NCBI GenBank assembly: GCA_030633185.1
Contig: DAOVTG010000001.1
Coordinates: 1-61,868, forward strand
Length of the DNA stretch: 61,868 nt
From: Deltaproteobacteria bacterium
Lineage (GTDB): Bacteria; Desulfobacterota; Anaeroferrophillalia; Anaeroferrophillales; Tharpellaceae
Direction of reading: 5' to 3'
The notes under the pieces are model-generated. The model searched no databases and was not told the DNA's origin. It saw only the letters and a program-made list of their open reading frames with translations. How positions within the stretch are numbered: position 1 is the first letter of the stretch; every line of letters starts with the position of its first letter. Shown piece by piece: positions 36,084-44,718 of the stretch. The position numbers and the translations under genes are program-made.

Positions 36084-39029
36084 TTACAATTTGGTTGTGT
36101 TTAATAATAAGATCAAGCGACCATCACCCATAATTGAAGCCCCGCTGATCTCTTCTATATGAGCCAGGGTCTGGGGTAGGGGTTTGACTGCTATTTCCAT
36201 GTTGCGGACAAAACGATCGACAATGAAACCGATGGTGGCGTTACCGATTTTAATGATTACCAGAGAAATTTCTTGAGCCGGATTCAGACAATCTCGATCC
36301 CGGTGTTTGTCCCCCGGTTGGGCTAAGCGATTTTCCAAAAAATCAACTTCGATGACCTGGCCCCGGTAATGAAAGATGAGTCCATCCCCTGCCTTACGCA
36401 GTTCGCTGGGCATAATTTTAATGGTTTCTAAGACATGCTCGAAAGGTAGACCGTAAGACTGGCCGCCTGCTTCAATCAGCAGAATCACAATGATTCCCAT
36501 AGTCATAGGGATGGTCATGGTAAGTTTCGTGCCCGTACCCTCCTCCGAACTCAGTTGGATATGACCGTTCAGCGAATCAATCGTCGAGCGCACGACATCC
36601 ATGCCCACTCCGCGACCGGAGATATTGGTGGCCTGATCCATCGTTGAGAGACCGGCATGAAAGATAAGACCAAGAACTGCGGCTTCATCCATGCCGTCAA
36701 CATCAATACCGGAGTTCATGGCTTTAGCTACAAGTTTCTCTTTATTGATTCCGGCCCCATCATCACTGATCTGGATTATAAGGTTACTACCGAGCTGACT
36801 TGCTGAAAGAGTTACCGTGCCTTTTTTCGCTTTGCCTGTCGCCTCGCGCACTGTCGGAGACTCTATACCATGATCGCAGGCGTTACGGATCAAGTGAATT
36901 AAAGGTTCGGATAGGGTGTCGGCCACCTTTTTGTCGACCTCGGTATCCTCGCCTTTAAGGATGAGTTGGATATCTTTTTTCTGTTTACGGGCGACGTCAC
37001 GAACCACCCGGGTATATTTTTGAAAAATCCCTCTGATCGGGATCATCCGCATGGCCATGATACCATGGTGCATATTTTCTACGAGCCGGGTAAAAAGATG
37101 TAGGTTTTCTTTTAAGGACTTGGTTTGAGCGGCAAGTTCCTGAGCACCATTTATATTCTCCAGGTTATTAATTAAATACTCATAGGAGTTACGTGCCACC
37201 AGAAGCTCACCAACGAGATTGGAGAACTCCTCGATTTTGAGTTCATCAACCCGCATGGTGTGGGTTTCTTTCTCAATCGCCCTGGGCTTCATGGTCTGGG
37301 CAACCTCCATCAGAACCTGTTTTTTCAGGGCTTGATTAACCTCGGCCTTTGCCAGCTTGCCTTGATCAACCAGGATTTCACCGACGGGTTTCTGTTGGGC
37401 CAGGGCTTGAGAGAGATCCTTTTTGCTGACCTTGCCTTGTTCCACAAGGATTTCTCCCAATGGCTTTTGCTGTTCCAGGGCTTCGCTCAAATCCTGGCCG
37501 CTGATCTTACCGTCGGCTACCAGAATTTCGCCCACCGGTTTGGGTTCGCCGGTCAAACCGTCGATGAAGCTGACAATTTCACCAATGGCAGTTACCAGAG
37601 AGGATTCATCTCTATCGAGTGAGTCATGGGCTCGGAGCAGTAGTTTTTTCATGGTTGGTAGATCCACAAAACTACCGGCCCGCTCAAGACCACTCAAGGA
37701 GCGGGTTATGATCTCTCGATCCTCAGAGGCCAGAGGCGAGTTGCTATGCCTGGCCAAAATATCTTTATGCTGCATAACCTGATCGAGAAAAACCTCACGC
37801 ATATCTTCAGGCAGGTTAGCTAGTTCATCCCCGCCGGCAGGGGTTTCATTTGCAGTGCTGTCACGCTCTCCGGCCATAGCCGCTAATTCCTTATAGCCCG
37901 CCGGAAACTCATGTACGGTTTCTCCCTTGGACAATGAGTTAATAAGAGATTTCAGGCCATCCACACCGACCAATAGGAGGTCTATAATCTCAGCATTTGG
38001 TTTAAGCTCGTTTTTGCGGAGACGTACCAGCAAACTTTCCAGAACATGGCCGAAACGGGTGGTTATTTCAAGCTGGAGGTAATCAGCATCGCCCTTGATG
38101 GTATGAGCTCCGCGAAAGAGCTCATCCAGAGCATCTTGGCAACCACTTTTTTCGTAATTGATAACGGCCCGTTCCATGACTTCAATATGCTCTACGGCAT
38201 CGCTTAAAAAGAGGGCAATATCCTCTTCGTCAATTACCGGCAGCAGCATATCGGTTTCGCTATCATCAGTTTCGGCATCGCTGATGTTCGCAGCTTCCAT
38301 TCCCCCTTTACTAACCGCTATCAGGGTCGAGGATAGATGTTCGAGTTCGGTTTGGAGTTCGGTCAGGGGCAGGTTTTCATGGACATCCAACTGTTTGAGC
38401 CGGGCCAGAGTTTTTTCGAGTTTGGCCCCGGCTGAAACTATGGCGCCCAGATCATAGATCTGGGCGCCAGCCACGATAATATGAATTTCGCTATAAAGAT
38501 CATCAAGCAGATCCTGGTTTTGCGAATCGCTCTCAAGCTGGTCGAGGAACTTTCGGGCGGAGACCAAGGCGTCACTGGCCTCACTTATGAACTCTGTCGG
38601 GACGGCAGTTTTTTCACTCTCCTCTTTTTGGGGATTGGGAAAAGAGTTGCTACTTGGTGTTTTCTGGTAGGCGTCACGAAATTGAGTCACTAATTCATCG
38701 TCGCCGACCGGTTCCTCGTCATTTTCAAAAGCCTTAAGCATCAGGCTGATGCGATCAATTCCGGCCAAAATCAGATCTGCAATTTCAGGTTCCAGTTCGA
38801 CCTGATCTTTGCGCAAAGCATCGAGCAGACCTTCAAGGTGATGAGCAAAGCCGGAGACCGCATTTACCTCGAAAGTTCCGGCATTACCCTTGATGGTATG
38901 GATAGAACGAAAGATGGAGTGCATAACATCTTTGTCATCCGGGTTGGCCTCGGCCTGGAGGATATCATCGCTGGCTTTTTCCAGCAACTCTCGCGCCTCC
39001 TCTAAAAATTCTTTTTTAAAATCGTCCAT
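36084..39029 (-). CDS. cheA: CheA histidine kinase, first paralogue, with two Hpt domains and three tandem MshEN-like repeats
   Basis: Hpt1 FRSIHTIKGNAGTF and Hpt2 FRGAHTIKGDADYL; three 25-aa repeats P[VL]GEILVxxGKxxxxxxxxALxxQ; P4 LIHLIRNACDHGIE...GRGVGMDVV; P5. The ATG at 39029 (MDDFKKEF) is 2 nt after the cheY stop; the tracked TTG at 39038 is the alternative. Confidence 0.9.
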   Translation of the reverse strand: MDDFKKEFLEEARELLEKASDDILQAEANPDDKDVMHSIFRSIHTIKGNAGTFEVNAVSGFAHHLEGLLDALRKDQVELEPEIADLILAGIDRISLMLKAFENDEEPVGDDELVTQFRDAYQKTPSSNSFPNPQKEESEKTAVPTEFISEASDALVSARKFLDQLESDSQNQDLLDDLYSEIHIIVAGAQIYDLGAIVSAGAKLEKTLARLKQLDVHENLPLTELQTELEHLSSTLIAVSKGGMEAANISDAETDDSETDMLLPVIDEEDIALFLSDAVEHIEVMERAVINYEKSGCQDALDELFRGAHTIKGDADYLQLEITTRFGHVLESLLVRLRKNELKPNAEIIDLLLVGVDGLKSLINSLSKGETVHEFPAGYKELAAMAGERDSTANETPAGGDELANLPEDMREVFLDQVMQHKDILARHSNSPLASEDREIITRSLSGLERAGSFVDLPTMKKLLLRAHDSLDRDESSLVTAIGEIVSFIDGLTGEPKPVGEILVADGKISGQDLSEALEQQKPLGEILVEQGKVSKKDLSQALAQQKPVGEILVDQGKLAKAEVNQALKKQVLMEVAQTMKPRAIEKETHTMRVDELKIEEFSNLVGELLVARNSYEYLINNLENINGAQELAAQTKSLKENLHLFTRLVENMHHGIMAMRMIPIRGIFQKYTRVVRDVARKQKKDIQLILKGEDTEVDKKVADTLSEPLIHLIRNACDHGIESPTVREATGKAKKGTVTLSASQLGSNLIIQISDDGAGINKEKLVAKAMNSGIDVDGMDEAAVLGLIFHAGLSTMDQATNISGRGVGMDVVRSTIDSLNGHIQLSSEEGTGTKLTMTIPMTMGIIVILLIEAGGQSYGLPFEHVLETIKIMPSELRKAGDGLIFHYRGQVIEVDFLENRLAQPGDKHRDRDCLNPAQEISLVIIKIGNATIGFIVDRFVRNMEIAVKPLPQTLAHIEEISGASIMGDGRLILLLNTTKL

Positions 39030-39030
39030 C

Positions 39031-39387
39031 TCAACCAACCAGCATCTTTACATGTAAAACCAGGGTATTAGGTTTAACCGGCTTGACGATATAAAGATTG
39101 GCTCCGGCCAGGATAGCTTTCTCCTTGTTGGCGGCCTCGGCCTGGGTCGAGATCATGATGATTGGCGTCTCATTATCACTTTGTCGATATTTCTCGACAA
39201 AAACAATACCATCCATATTGGGCATATTGATATCCGAGAGGATAAGATCGTACTTATTGCTCAGGGCTTTTTCCAGAGCTTCGACCCCGTCCATGGCTCC
39301 ATCCGCTTTAAAACCGGCAGCTTTAAGCAAATTTGTATGAAAATTCCTGACAAAACGGGAATCGTCAACTACGAGTACTTTTTTCAT
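39031..39387 (-). CDS. cheY: Chemotaxis response regulator CheY
   Basis: 118 aa, VLVVDDSRFVR, LILSDINMPNMDG, VKP. Confidence 0.9.
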   Translation of the reverse strand: MKKVLVVDDSRFVRNFHTNLLKAAGFKADGAMDGVEALEKALSNKYDLILSDINMPNMDGIVFVEKYRQSDNETPIIMISTQAEAANKEKAILAGANLYIVKPVKPNTLVLHVKMLVG

Positions 39388-39405
39388 AATAAATAGCTCC
39401 GCACA

Positions 39406-39442
39406 GGGTAGAAAGGGTGAAGTGTGAAGGGTGAAGGGTGAA
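39406..39442. repeat. Tandem heptamer array (GGGTGAA-like, about 5 units) in the cheR-cheY spacer
   Basis: GGGTAGAA AGGGTGAA GTGTGAA GGGTGAA GGGTGAA on the plus strand (TTCACCC units on the coding strand), ending 19 nt upstream of the cheY ATG. Confidence 0.6.
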
Positions 39443-39480
39443 AAAATATCCTTTTGTCAAGTTATTGCTGAACTCGCAAG

Positions 39481-40317
39481 TCACTCTTTATAATAGACCA
39501 TGTGGTTGGCAGATTTTTTTATTTTGAAAGCCGGATTAATCCTGGAGGGTGATTCGCTGGAGCCCAGAAAAATAAAACCGCCATTATTTAGAGCCAGATA
39601 ATAGTGATCGACCACCTTTTTTCGGGAAATATTGTCAAAATAGATCAGGACATTACGGCAAAAAATGAAGTCAAAATCACGGCAGGGCCGAAGCTGTTTC
39701 CGATCACTGAGATTGATATGTTTAAACGTCACCATATCTTTGATCTCATCCGTGACTTTGAAGATCCCGGCCTTTTGGGTGAAATAGCGAGTTAGATATT
39801 CTTGGGGTACATCTTTGACACTGCGTCGCATATAGGCACCCTGTTGGGCTTTTTCGAGAATATTCAGATCAATGTCTGAAGCCATAATCTCGACATCCCA
39901 ACGTTGGAGATTCTCTAACATCTCCTTGACGATGATCGCTATAGTGTAGGGTTCCTCGCCACTTGAGCAACCGGCCGACCAGATGCGCAGGGTTTGGTCT
40001 CCAGCTCTCTTTTTTTGTTCGACAATCTTGTCCAGACCAAATTCGGCAAATGAGAGTAGTTGGTTAAAGTCACGGAAGAAATAGGTCTCATTTATCGTCA
40101 GTAAATTGAGGAGTTCCTGGAGTTCATGACCTTGATGATCGTGAAACTTGAGGTGGCGCAGATACTCATCGGTATTGGTTAGATCTAAAGCCACAACTCT
40201 TTTTTCCAGCCGTTTGGCCACATAATAGATCTTTTTTTGTTCGAAACGAATGCCGGCTTTTTGGTAAATCAGGTCGGCAAGTCGTTCAAATTCATCAACA
40301 TCAAGTTCAAATCGCAT
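39481..40317 (-). CDS. cheR: Chemotaxis protein methyltransferase CheR
   Basis: N-terminal helical CheR_N and the SAM-binding core (RIWSAGCSSGEEPYTIA, IFCRNVLIYF). Confidence 0.9.
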   Translation of the reverse strand: MRFELDVDEFERLADLIYQKAGIRFEQKKIYYVAKRLEKRVVALDLTNTDEYLRHLKFHDHQGHELQELLNLLTINETYFFRDFNQLLSFAEFGLDKIVEQKKRAGDQTLRIWSAGCSSGEEPYTIAIIVKEMLENLQRWDVEIMASDIDLNILEKAQQGAYMRRSVKDVPQEYLTRYFTQKAGIFKVTDEIKDMVTFKHINLSDRKQLRPCRDFDFIFCRNVLIYFDNISRKKVVDHYYLALNNGGFIFLGSSESPSRINPAFKIKKSANHMVYYKE

Positions 40318-40337
40318 AGCTTAAAGCTCCACTATAT

Positions 40338-41405
40338 TTACAGTAATTCCTTACAAAGTTCTCGTAAATCTTCATCTTTACTATCTTCCATGATCTTTAG
40401 AATCTGGTCTCGTTCGCCGGCAGCAGCTAAGAGACGAACACCCGGCAGGGCCATGGCCGGATCGTTGTTGGAGATTAAGAGTTGGCCCAATTCATTTAAG
40501 AGTGCAATTTTTAGTTTACTTCCGGCTCCCGATTGGCCCAGGAGTAAGCTCTCTACAGCTTGATAACGGGCCTCGTTTCCGGCTTCCGGGTTACGGATAA
40601 TATCAATGAGCAATTTGAGAATTGTCTCTTCGGCCAGAAGGTCGGGAAAACGTTTTAAGGCATCAGTTAACATATTGCTTACCTCCTCACCATAGAGATC
40701 AAGATCGGTGATTGAGGTGGCGAGCCGGATGATGGCTTCTCGTTCTCCGGCTTTGGCGGTAAGCTCAGTTAGCGGGGCCAGGTAGATGGGGTCAATTTCA
40801 GCACTACCGCCCTCCGGGATCAAGGTTGTGAGAATCTTAGTGATGGCATTGGCATCGGCTACCATCGTCATGGTTTCGAGGATGGCCGCCCGCAGCATCG
40901 GCTCATCACTCTCTTTAAAGAGGGTGACCATGTCGGCGACACCTTCGCTATCGGCCATACAGCCCAGATACTCGACCGCAGTGATCTGGACATTGGGCGA
41001 TTCGTCAAAGAGCCCGGCTCGTATCACCAGCAGGGTTTCATCCGAGCCGATCAAATACATTGCATCAAGCACCAGCTTGCGTACCTCCCGGTCACTGTGA
41101 TCAAGTTTGGAGGTCAGAAAAGCTACTGCATCTTCACCCCCTTCACCGAATATAATCACTGCCCCATTGCGTAAAAAGGCGTCAGTCGACATGAAAAATT
41201 CAAAAATCTGATCATGTACTTGAGTGATGTCAAGTCTCTGCAAGCCTGAAATAATGGCATTTTTCACCGCCACCGATTCCTCTTTGGCCAATTGATAGAC
41301 CAGCGGTACCGCCGCCTCAGCCCGGCCCAGATCAGCCAGATCTTCGGCCGCATAGAGTCGGGTAGCCTCATCCGGGCTTTTAAAATCTTTAATTAACTCT
41401 TCCAT
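40338..41405 (-). CDS. HEAT-repeat protein (PBS-lyase-HEAT-like)
   Basis: Repeated ~30-aa helical units (DEATRLYAAEDLADLG, DAFLRNGAVIIFGEGG, DREVRKLVLDAM, SPNVQITAVEYLG, EPMLRAAILETM). Confidence 0.7.
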   Translation of the reverse strand: MEELIKDFKSPDEATRLYAAEDLADLGRAEAAVPLVYQLAKEESVAVKNAIISGLQRLDITQVHDQIFEFFMSTDAFLRNGAVIIFGEGGEDAVAFLTSKLDHSDREVRKLVLDAMYLIGSDETLLVIRAGLFDESPNVQITAVEYLGCMADSEGVADMVTLFKESDEPMLRAAILETMTMVADANAITKILTTLIPEGGSAEIDPIYLAPLTELTAKAGEREAIIRLATSITDLDLYGEEVSNMLTDALKRFPDLLAEETILKLLIDIIRNPEAGNEARYQAVESLLLGQSGAGSKLKIALLNELGQLLISNNDPAMALPGVRLLAAAGERDQILKIMEDSKDEDLRELCKELL

Positions 41406-41427
41406 TAAAACCTCCTAGTAGAACCTT

Positions 41428-42495
41428 CTAGCCTACTGCACTAATAATCTCATCAGCGATATCCCAACTTGGTGCCACCACGTCAGCTCCGCCTCGTTCG
41501 ATAGCCTCTTTGGGCATGCCGAAGACGATGGCAGTTTCGTCGGATTCGGCGATCGTGCGACCGCCAAGTTCTCTGATTCGAACCATGGCATCGGCACCAT
41601 CATCACCCATGCCGGTCATCAGAACGCCGACGGTATCATCTCCAAATATCTCCATAACCGAGTCCATCATCACCTCTACCGATGGGACAAAGAGATGTTT
41701 GGGACGTACCGGAGTCCGGATAACTAGTTTGTGGCCCGGTCTTCTAAACAGGGTCAGGTGACGTCCGCCAGCAGCTAGATAGATGGTGCCGGGTTTTAGC
41801 TCCATACCGGTCTCGGCATGAACACAGTTCATGGGACAGGCTTGATCTAAACGTTGAGCAAAAGAGGCGGTAAAAGCGGCCGGCATATGTTGAACCATGA
41901 TAATCGCGGCATTAAGATCGGCCGGAATAAAAGGCAATACGTCAAAAATCGTCTTTGGGCCGCCAGTTGATATACCAATAACTATAGCTTTAAAACCTAA
42001 TCCTCTGGTTTTGCCTGCGACCGGTTTGCGGCTTGGCCTGAAGCGTTGTCCGGGGCTACGTTTAGGATCGGTTCGGTGGGGGCGTAATTTGTCCAGGGTG
42101 CCCTGGCTGGTGGCCGCTTTAAGTTTGGCAATAAGTTCTCGGGCGACCTCCTCCATATTAACCGAGACGGTGCCGCCGGGTTTGGCGATATAGTCAAAGG
42201 CACCCAGAGCCATTGACTCAAAAGTGGCCTCAGCTCCCTCCTCGGTCAGGGAAGATACCATAAGAACCGGAGCAATCTTCTCTTCAACAATGATCTGCAT
42301 GGCGCTGATACCATCCAGACCCGGCATATTGATATCCATGGTAATGACATCGGGCCGCAGCTCGCGGGCCTTGGCCACGGCGTCATTACCATCTCGGGCC
42401 GCAGAGATAACTTTGAAACCGCGATCCGATTCAATTATTTTCTTTAAACTCCGCCGCATCAGGGCGGAGTCATCACAAATTAGTACCTTTTTCAT
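41428..42495 (-). CDS. cheB: Chemotaxis protein-glutamate methylesterase CheB (REC plus CheB_methylest)
   Basis: REC (VLICDDSALMRR, VITMDINMPGLDG) and esterase core (IGISTGGP, MVQHMP, MTGMGDDGA). Confidence 0.9.
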   Translation of the reverse strand: MKKVLICDDSALMRRSLKKIIESDRGFKVISAARDGNDAVAKARELRPDVITMDINMPGLDGISAMQIIVEEKIAPVLMVSSLTEEGAEATFESMALGAFDYIAKPGGTVSVNMEEVARELIAKLKAATSQGTLDKLRPHRTDPKRSPGQRFRPSRKPVAGKTRGLGFKAIVIGISTGGPKTIFDVLPFIPADLNAAIIMVQHMPAAFTASFAQRLDQACPMNCVHAETGMELKPGTIYLAAGGRHLTLFRRPGHKLVIRTPVRPKHLFVPSVEVMMDSVMEIFGDDTVGVLMTGMGDDGADAMVRIRELGGRTIAESDETAIVFGMPKEAIERGGADVVAPSWDIADEIISAVG

Positions 42496-42529
42496 TTGAG
42501 TGTCTCATAACGTATAATATATACTATAA

Positions 42530-42538
42530 ATTATAGCA
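42530..42538 (-). promoter_or_regulatory. Candidate extended -10 promoter (TGCTATAAT) upstream of cheB
   Basis: The coding-strand sequence TTTGCTATAATTTATAG lies about 35 nt upstream of the cheB ATG. No good -35 was seen. Confidence 0.3.
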
Positions 42539-42551
42539 AATGGTGTGAATA

Positions 42552-42718
42552 TCGCTTTGCCCTGCTTCGCAAGGGGACACCGCTCAGATCGGCGATGGGC
42601 TTTCAGCCCGCGCCTGGAGCAATGTCCCCGTTCTGGGGCAGGTCGGGGACATTGCTCCAAGGCAGGGCGCCAGCCCAAGACGGTCTGAGCGGTGTCCCCT
42701 TTTAAGAGGGCGAAGCGA
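42552..42718. repeat. 167-nt GC-rich nested palindrome (long imperfect hairpin) between the triple-CheW gene and cheB
   Basis: Outer arms TCGCTTTGCCCT / AGGGCGAAGCGA; GGGGACACCGCTCAGA (42573-42588) / TCTGAGCGGTGTCCCC (42684-42699); inner GGAGCAATGTCCCC (42616-42629) / GGGGACATTGCTCC (42645-42658). Confidence 0.75.
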
Positions 42719-42756
42719 ATTTCGATGATTTTCGATGTAACTTAAGCCCCCCCCCT

Positions 42757-44715
42757 CTATTCATCTATCTTCATCTTTTTAACTGGTTTTTTTTGGGGTG
42801 CGGTTTTGGCCCGGGGTTTGACCTTTTTCTTCTCCATCGCCGCTATCTCTTTTTTATCATTGGTACTGAGTATCTCATTAATATCAAGCAGGAGAACCAT
42901 GCGTTTGCCTTGGTTGAGTTGACAAACTCCTTCTATAAAGCGGTTTTCGGTGTCACCGGTGACAATGCCTGGAGTCGGGGCGATATCGGCCTTGGGCAGG
43001 CGTAGAACTTCATTGACCTTGTCGACCCGCAGTCCGGTGCGACGGCCTTCAATATCAACGATGATAATTCGGGTGGAGTCATCTTGGTCACGAGATTCGA
43101 GACCAAACAAAGTTCGGATATTAAGCACCGGGATGACATTGCCGCGCAGGTTGGTGACCCCGTCAATAAAGGCCGGAGATTTTGGTACCTGAGTGATCTC
43201 TTCTAAGCGATTAATCTCTTGGACCTGCATGATCCGGACACCATACTCCTCTTTGTCAACAATAAAGGTGACCAGTTGTTCTTCATCCATATCTTTTTGG
43301 GCCAGGCTGATCTCATTTTCAGTTTCGGCATCAGCAGTTTTTTTTACAGCTTCACTCATCTTGCCAAGCTCTTCACTCTCCTCATGGCTGATCAATGATG
43401 ACTCTTCCATGATCATAATCAAGCGTTTGCCATTGTCGAGTTTGGCGACCCCTTTCAACTCTTTTTTGGCTGAGGAAGCAGCCCAGGGGGGGGCATCGAT
43501 AGTCGATTTTGGGATTCGCAAAACCTCGTTTACCGAGTCGACAATGAAACCGACATGAATATCACCCGTCTCCACTACCAGAATGCGCTGGAACTCATTG
43601 ATATTTTTTGCCAGCTTATTCTTGATTGCGATAAATTCTGAGAGGAGAATTTTTTCCAGAGGGGTAATATGCTCTTCGAGATAGAGGACGGCTTCGTCCT
43701 GAGAATGGCTGCGGAGTTTCAGGGCCTCGGCCCCAAACTCATGAAAATTGATGTGGGGGATTCTGATATCATTTATCAGGTCACCGACATCGCCAGAGCG
43801 ATCCTTGGTCAACCATTGACCTAAGGCACATTTAGTCGGATCCAGAGCCCCGTTAAACGGGGCGTTGCTCTGCAAAGACTGTTTAAGATCCTTGAGCCAT
43901 TGTTCATGGATAACCATTATCTCATTGATCTCGTTATGGAACTGTTCTATCAGGGAGGTGTTGCCCAACATGGTCCGCAGATCGAGAATCGGCAGGAGTT
44001 GGTTGCGAATGGTGAGTAGCCCTCGAACATAGTTTGCGGCATTGGGTACTTCGGTAATCTCCCCCACCCGAAGGATCTCCCGCACCCGGTTTATATCGAA
44101 AGCGTACTCCTCGTCTGCGACCTTAAAGGATATAAGTTGTTCTTCATCGATGTTTTTTTCAACCGCATTTATTGCCGTTTTCCCAGCCTGTAGAGCCGCT
44201 TGCTTTTGATCTGACTTAACCTCTTTCGTTTGAACCTGCACAACTTCATCGAGATCCAGGATGAGAATGAGACGAGCCCCATCGTTCATCTTGACTACGC
44301 CGGAGAGGAACTCTCGATCTACCCCTTTGCAAACTGCCGGCGGTTCTTCCATCTGCTCTTTTTTGGTATGCAGTACCTCGCGGACATCATCGACAATCAG
44401 GCCGGTGGCTGTGGTACCAGTTTCAATTACTAATAGTCGGGTGCTGTCATCGGCCTCTTTATGTTCCAGACCAAAACGTTGCCGGCTATTTATGGCGGGC
44501 AACACCGAACCTCGCAAGTTACAGATCCCGGCGACATAGTCGGGGCTCTGGGGAATCGGGGTAATATCCGGTACCCGGACAATCTCCCGCACCGTATTGA
44601 TATCTACGCCAAACTCCTCATCAGCCAGGGCAAAAACCACGAGTTGGCCTTCGGCTGAATCGAGAGATTGGGCGGTTTCCATATTTTCAGACATAATTAA
44701 CTCCGTTTTAATCAT
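42757..44715 (-). CDS. Triple CheW-domain scaffold with a CZB (chemoreceptor zinc-binding) domain inserted in the middle CheW domain
   Basis: Three CheW-like units (QLVVFALADEEFGVDINTVREI, QLISFKVADEEYAFDINRVREI, QLVTFIVDKEEYGVRIMQVQEI). CZB signature H270xxW...C296ALGQW...H321INFH325. An alternative start is the ATG at 44694 (GGAG RBS). Confidence 0.85.
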   Translation of the reverse strand: MIKTELIMSENMETAQSLDSAEGQLVVFALADEEFGVDINTVREIVRVPDITPIPQSPDYVAGICNLRGSVLPAINSRQRFGLEHKEADDSTRLLVIETGTTATGLIVDDVREVLHTKKEQMEEPPAVCKGVDREFLSGVVKMNDGARLILILDLDEVVQVQTKEVKSDQKQAALQAGKTAINAVEKNIDEEQLISFKVADEEYAFDINRVREILRVGEITEVPNAANYVRGLLTIRNQLLPILDLRTMLGNTSLIEQFHNEINEIMVIHEQWLKDLKQSLQSNAPFNGALDPTKCALGQWLTKDRSGDVGDLINDIRIPHINFHEFGAEALKLRSHSQDEAVLYLEEHITPLEKILLSEFIAIKNKLAKNINEFQRILVVETGDIHVGFIVDSVNEVLRIPKSTIDAPPWAASSAKKELKGVAKLDNGKRLIMIMEESSLISHEESEELGKMSEAVKKTADAETENEISLAQKDMDEEQLVTFIVDKEEYGVRIMQVQEINRLEEITQVPKSPAFIDGVTNLRGNVIPVLNIRTLFGLESRDQDDSTRIIIVDIEGRRTGLRVDKVNEVLRLPKADIAPTPGIVTGDTENRFIEGVCQLNQGKRMVLLLDINEILSTNDKKEIAAMEKKKVKPRAKTAPQKKPVKKMKIDE

Positions 44716-44718
44716 TCT

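Noticed and set aside
39406-39442. Possible CRISPR array
   Set aside because: The repeats are contiguous 7-8-nt units without spacers. No array of 24-40-nt repeats separated by unique spacers occurs anywhere in the window, and there are no cas genes.
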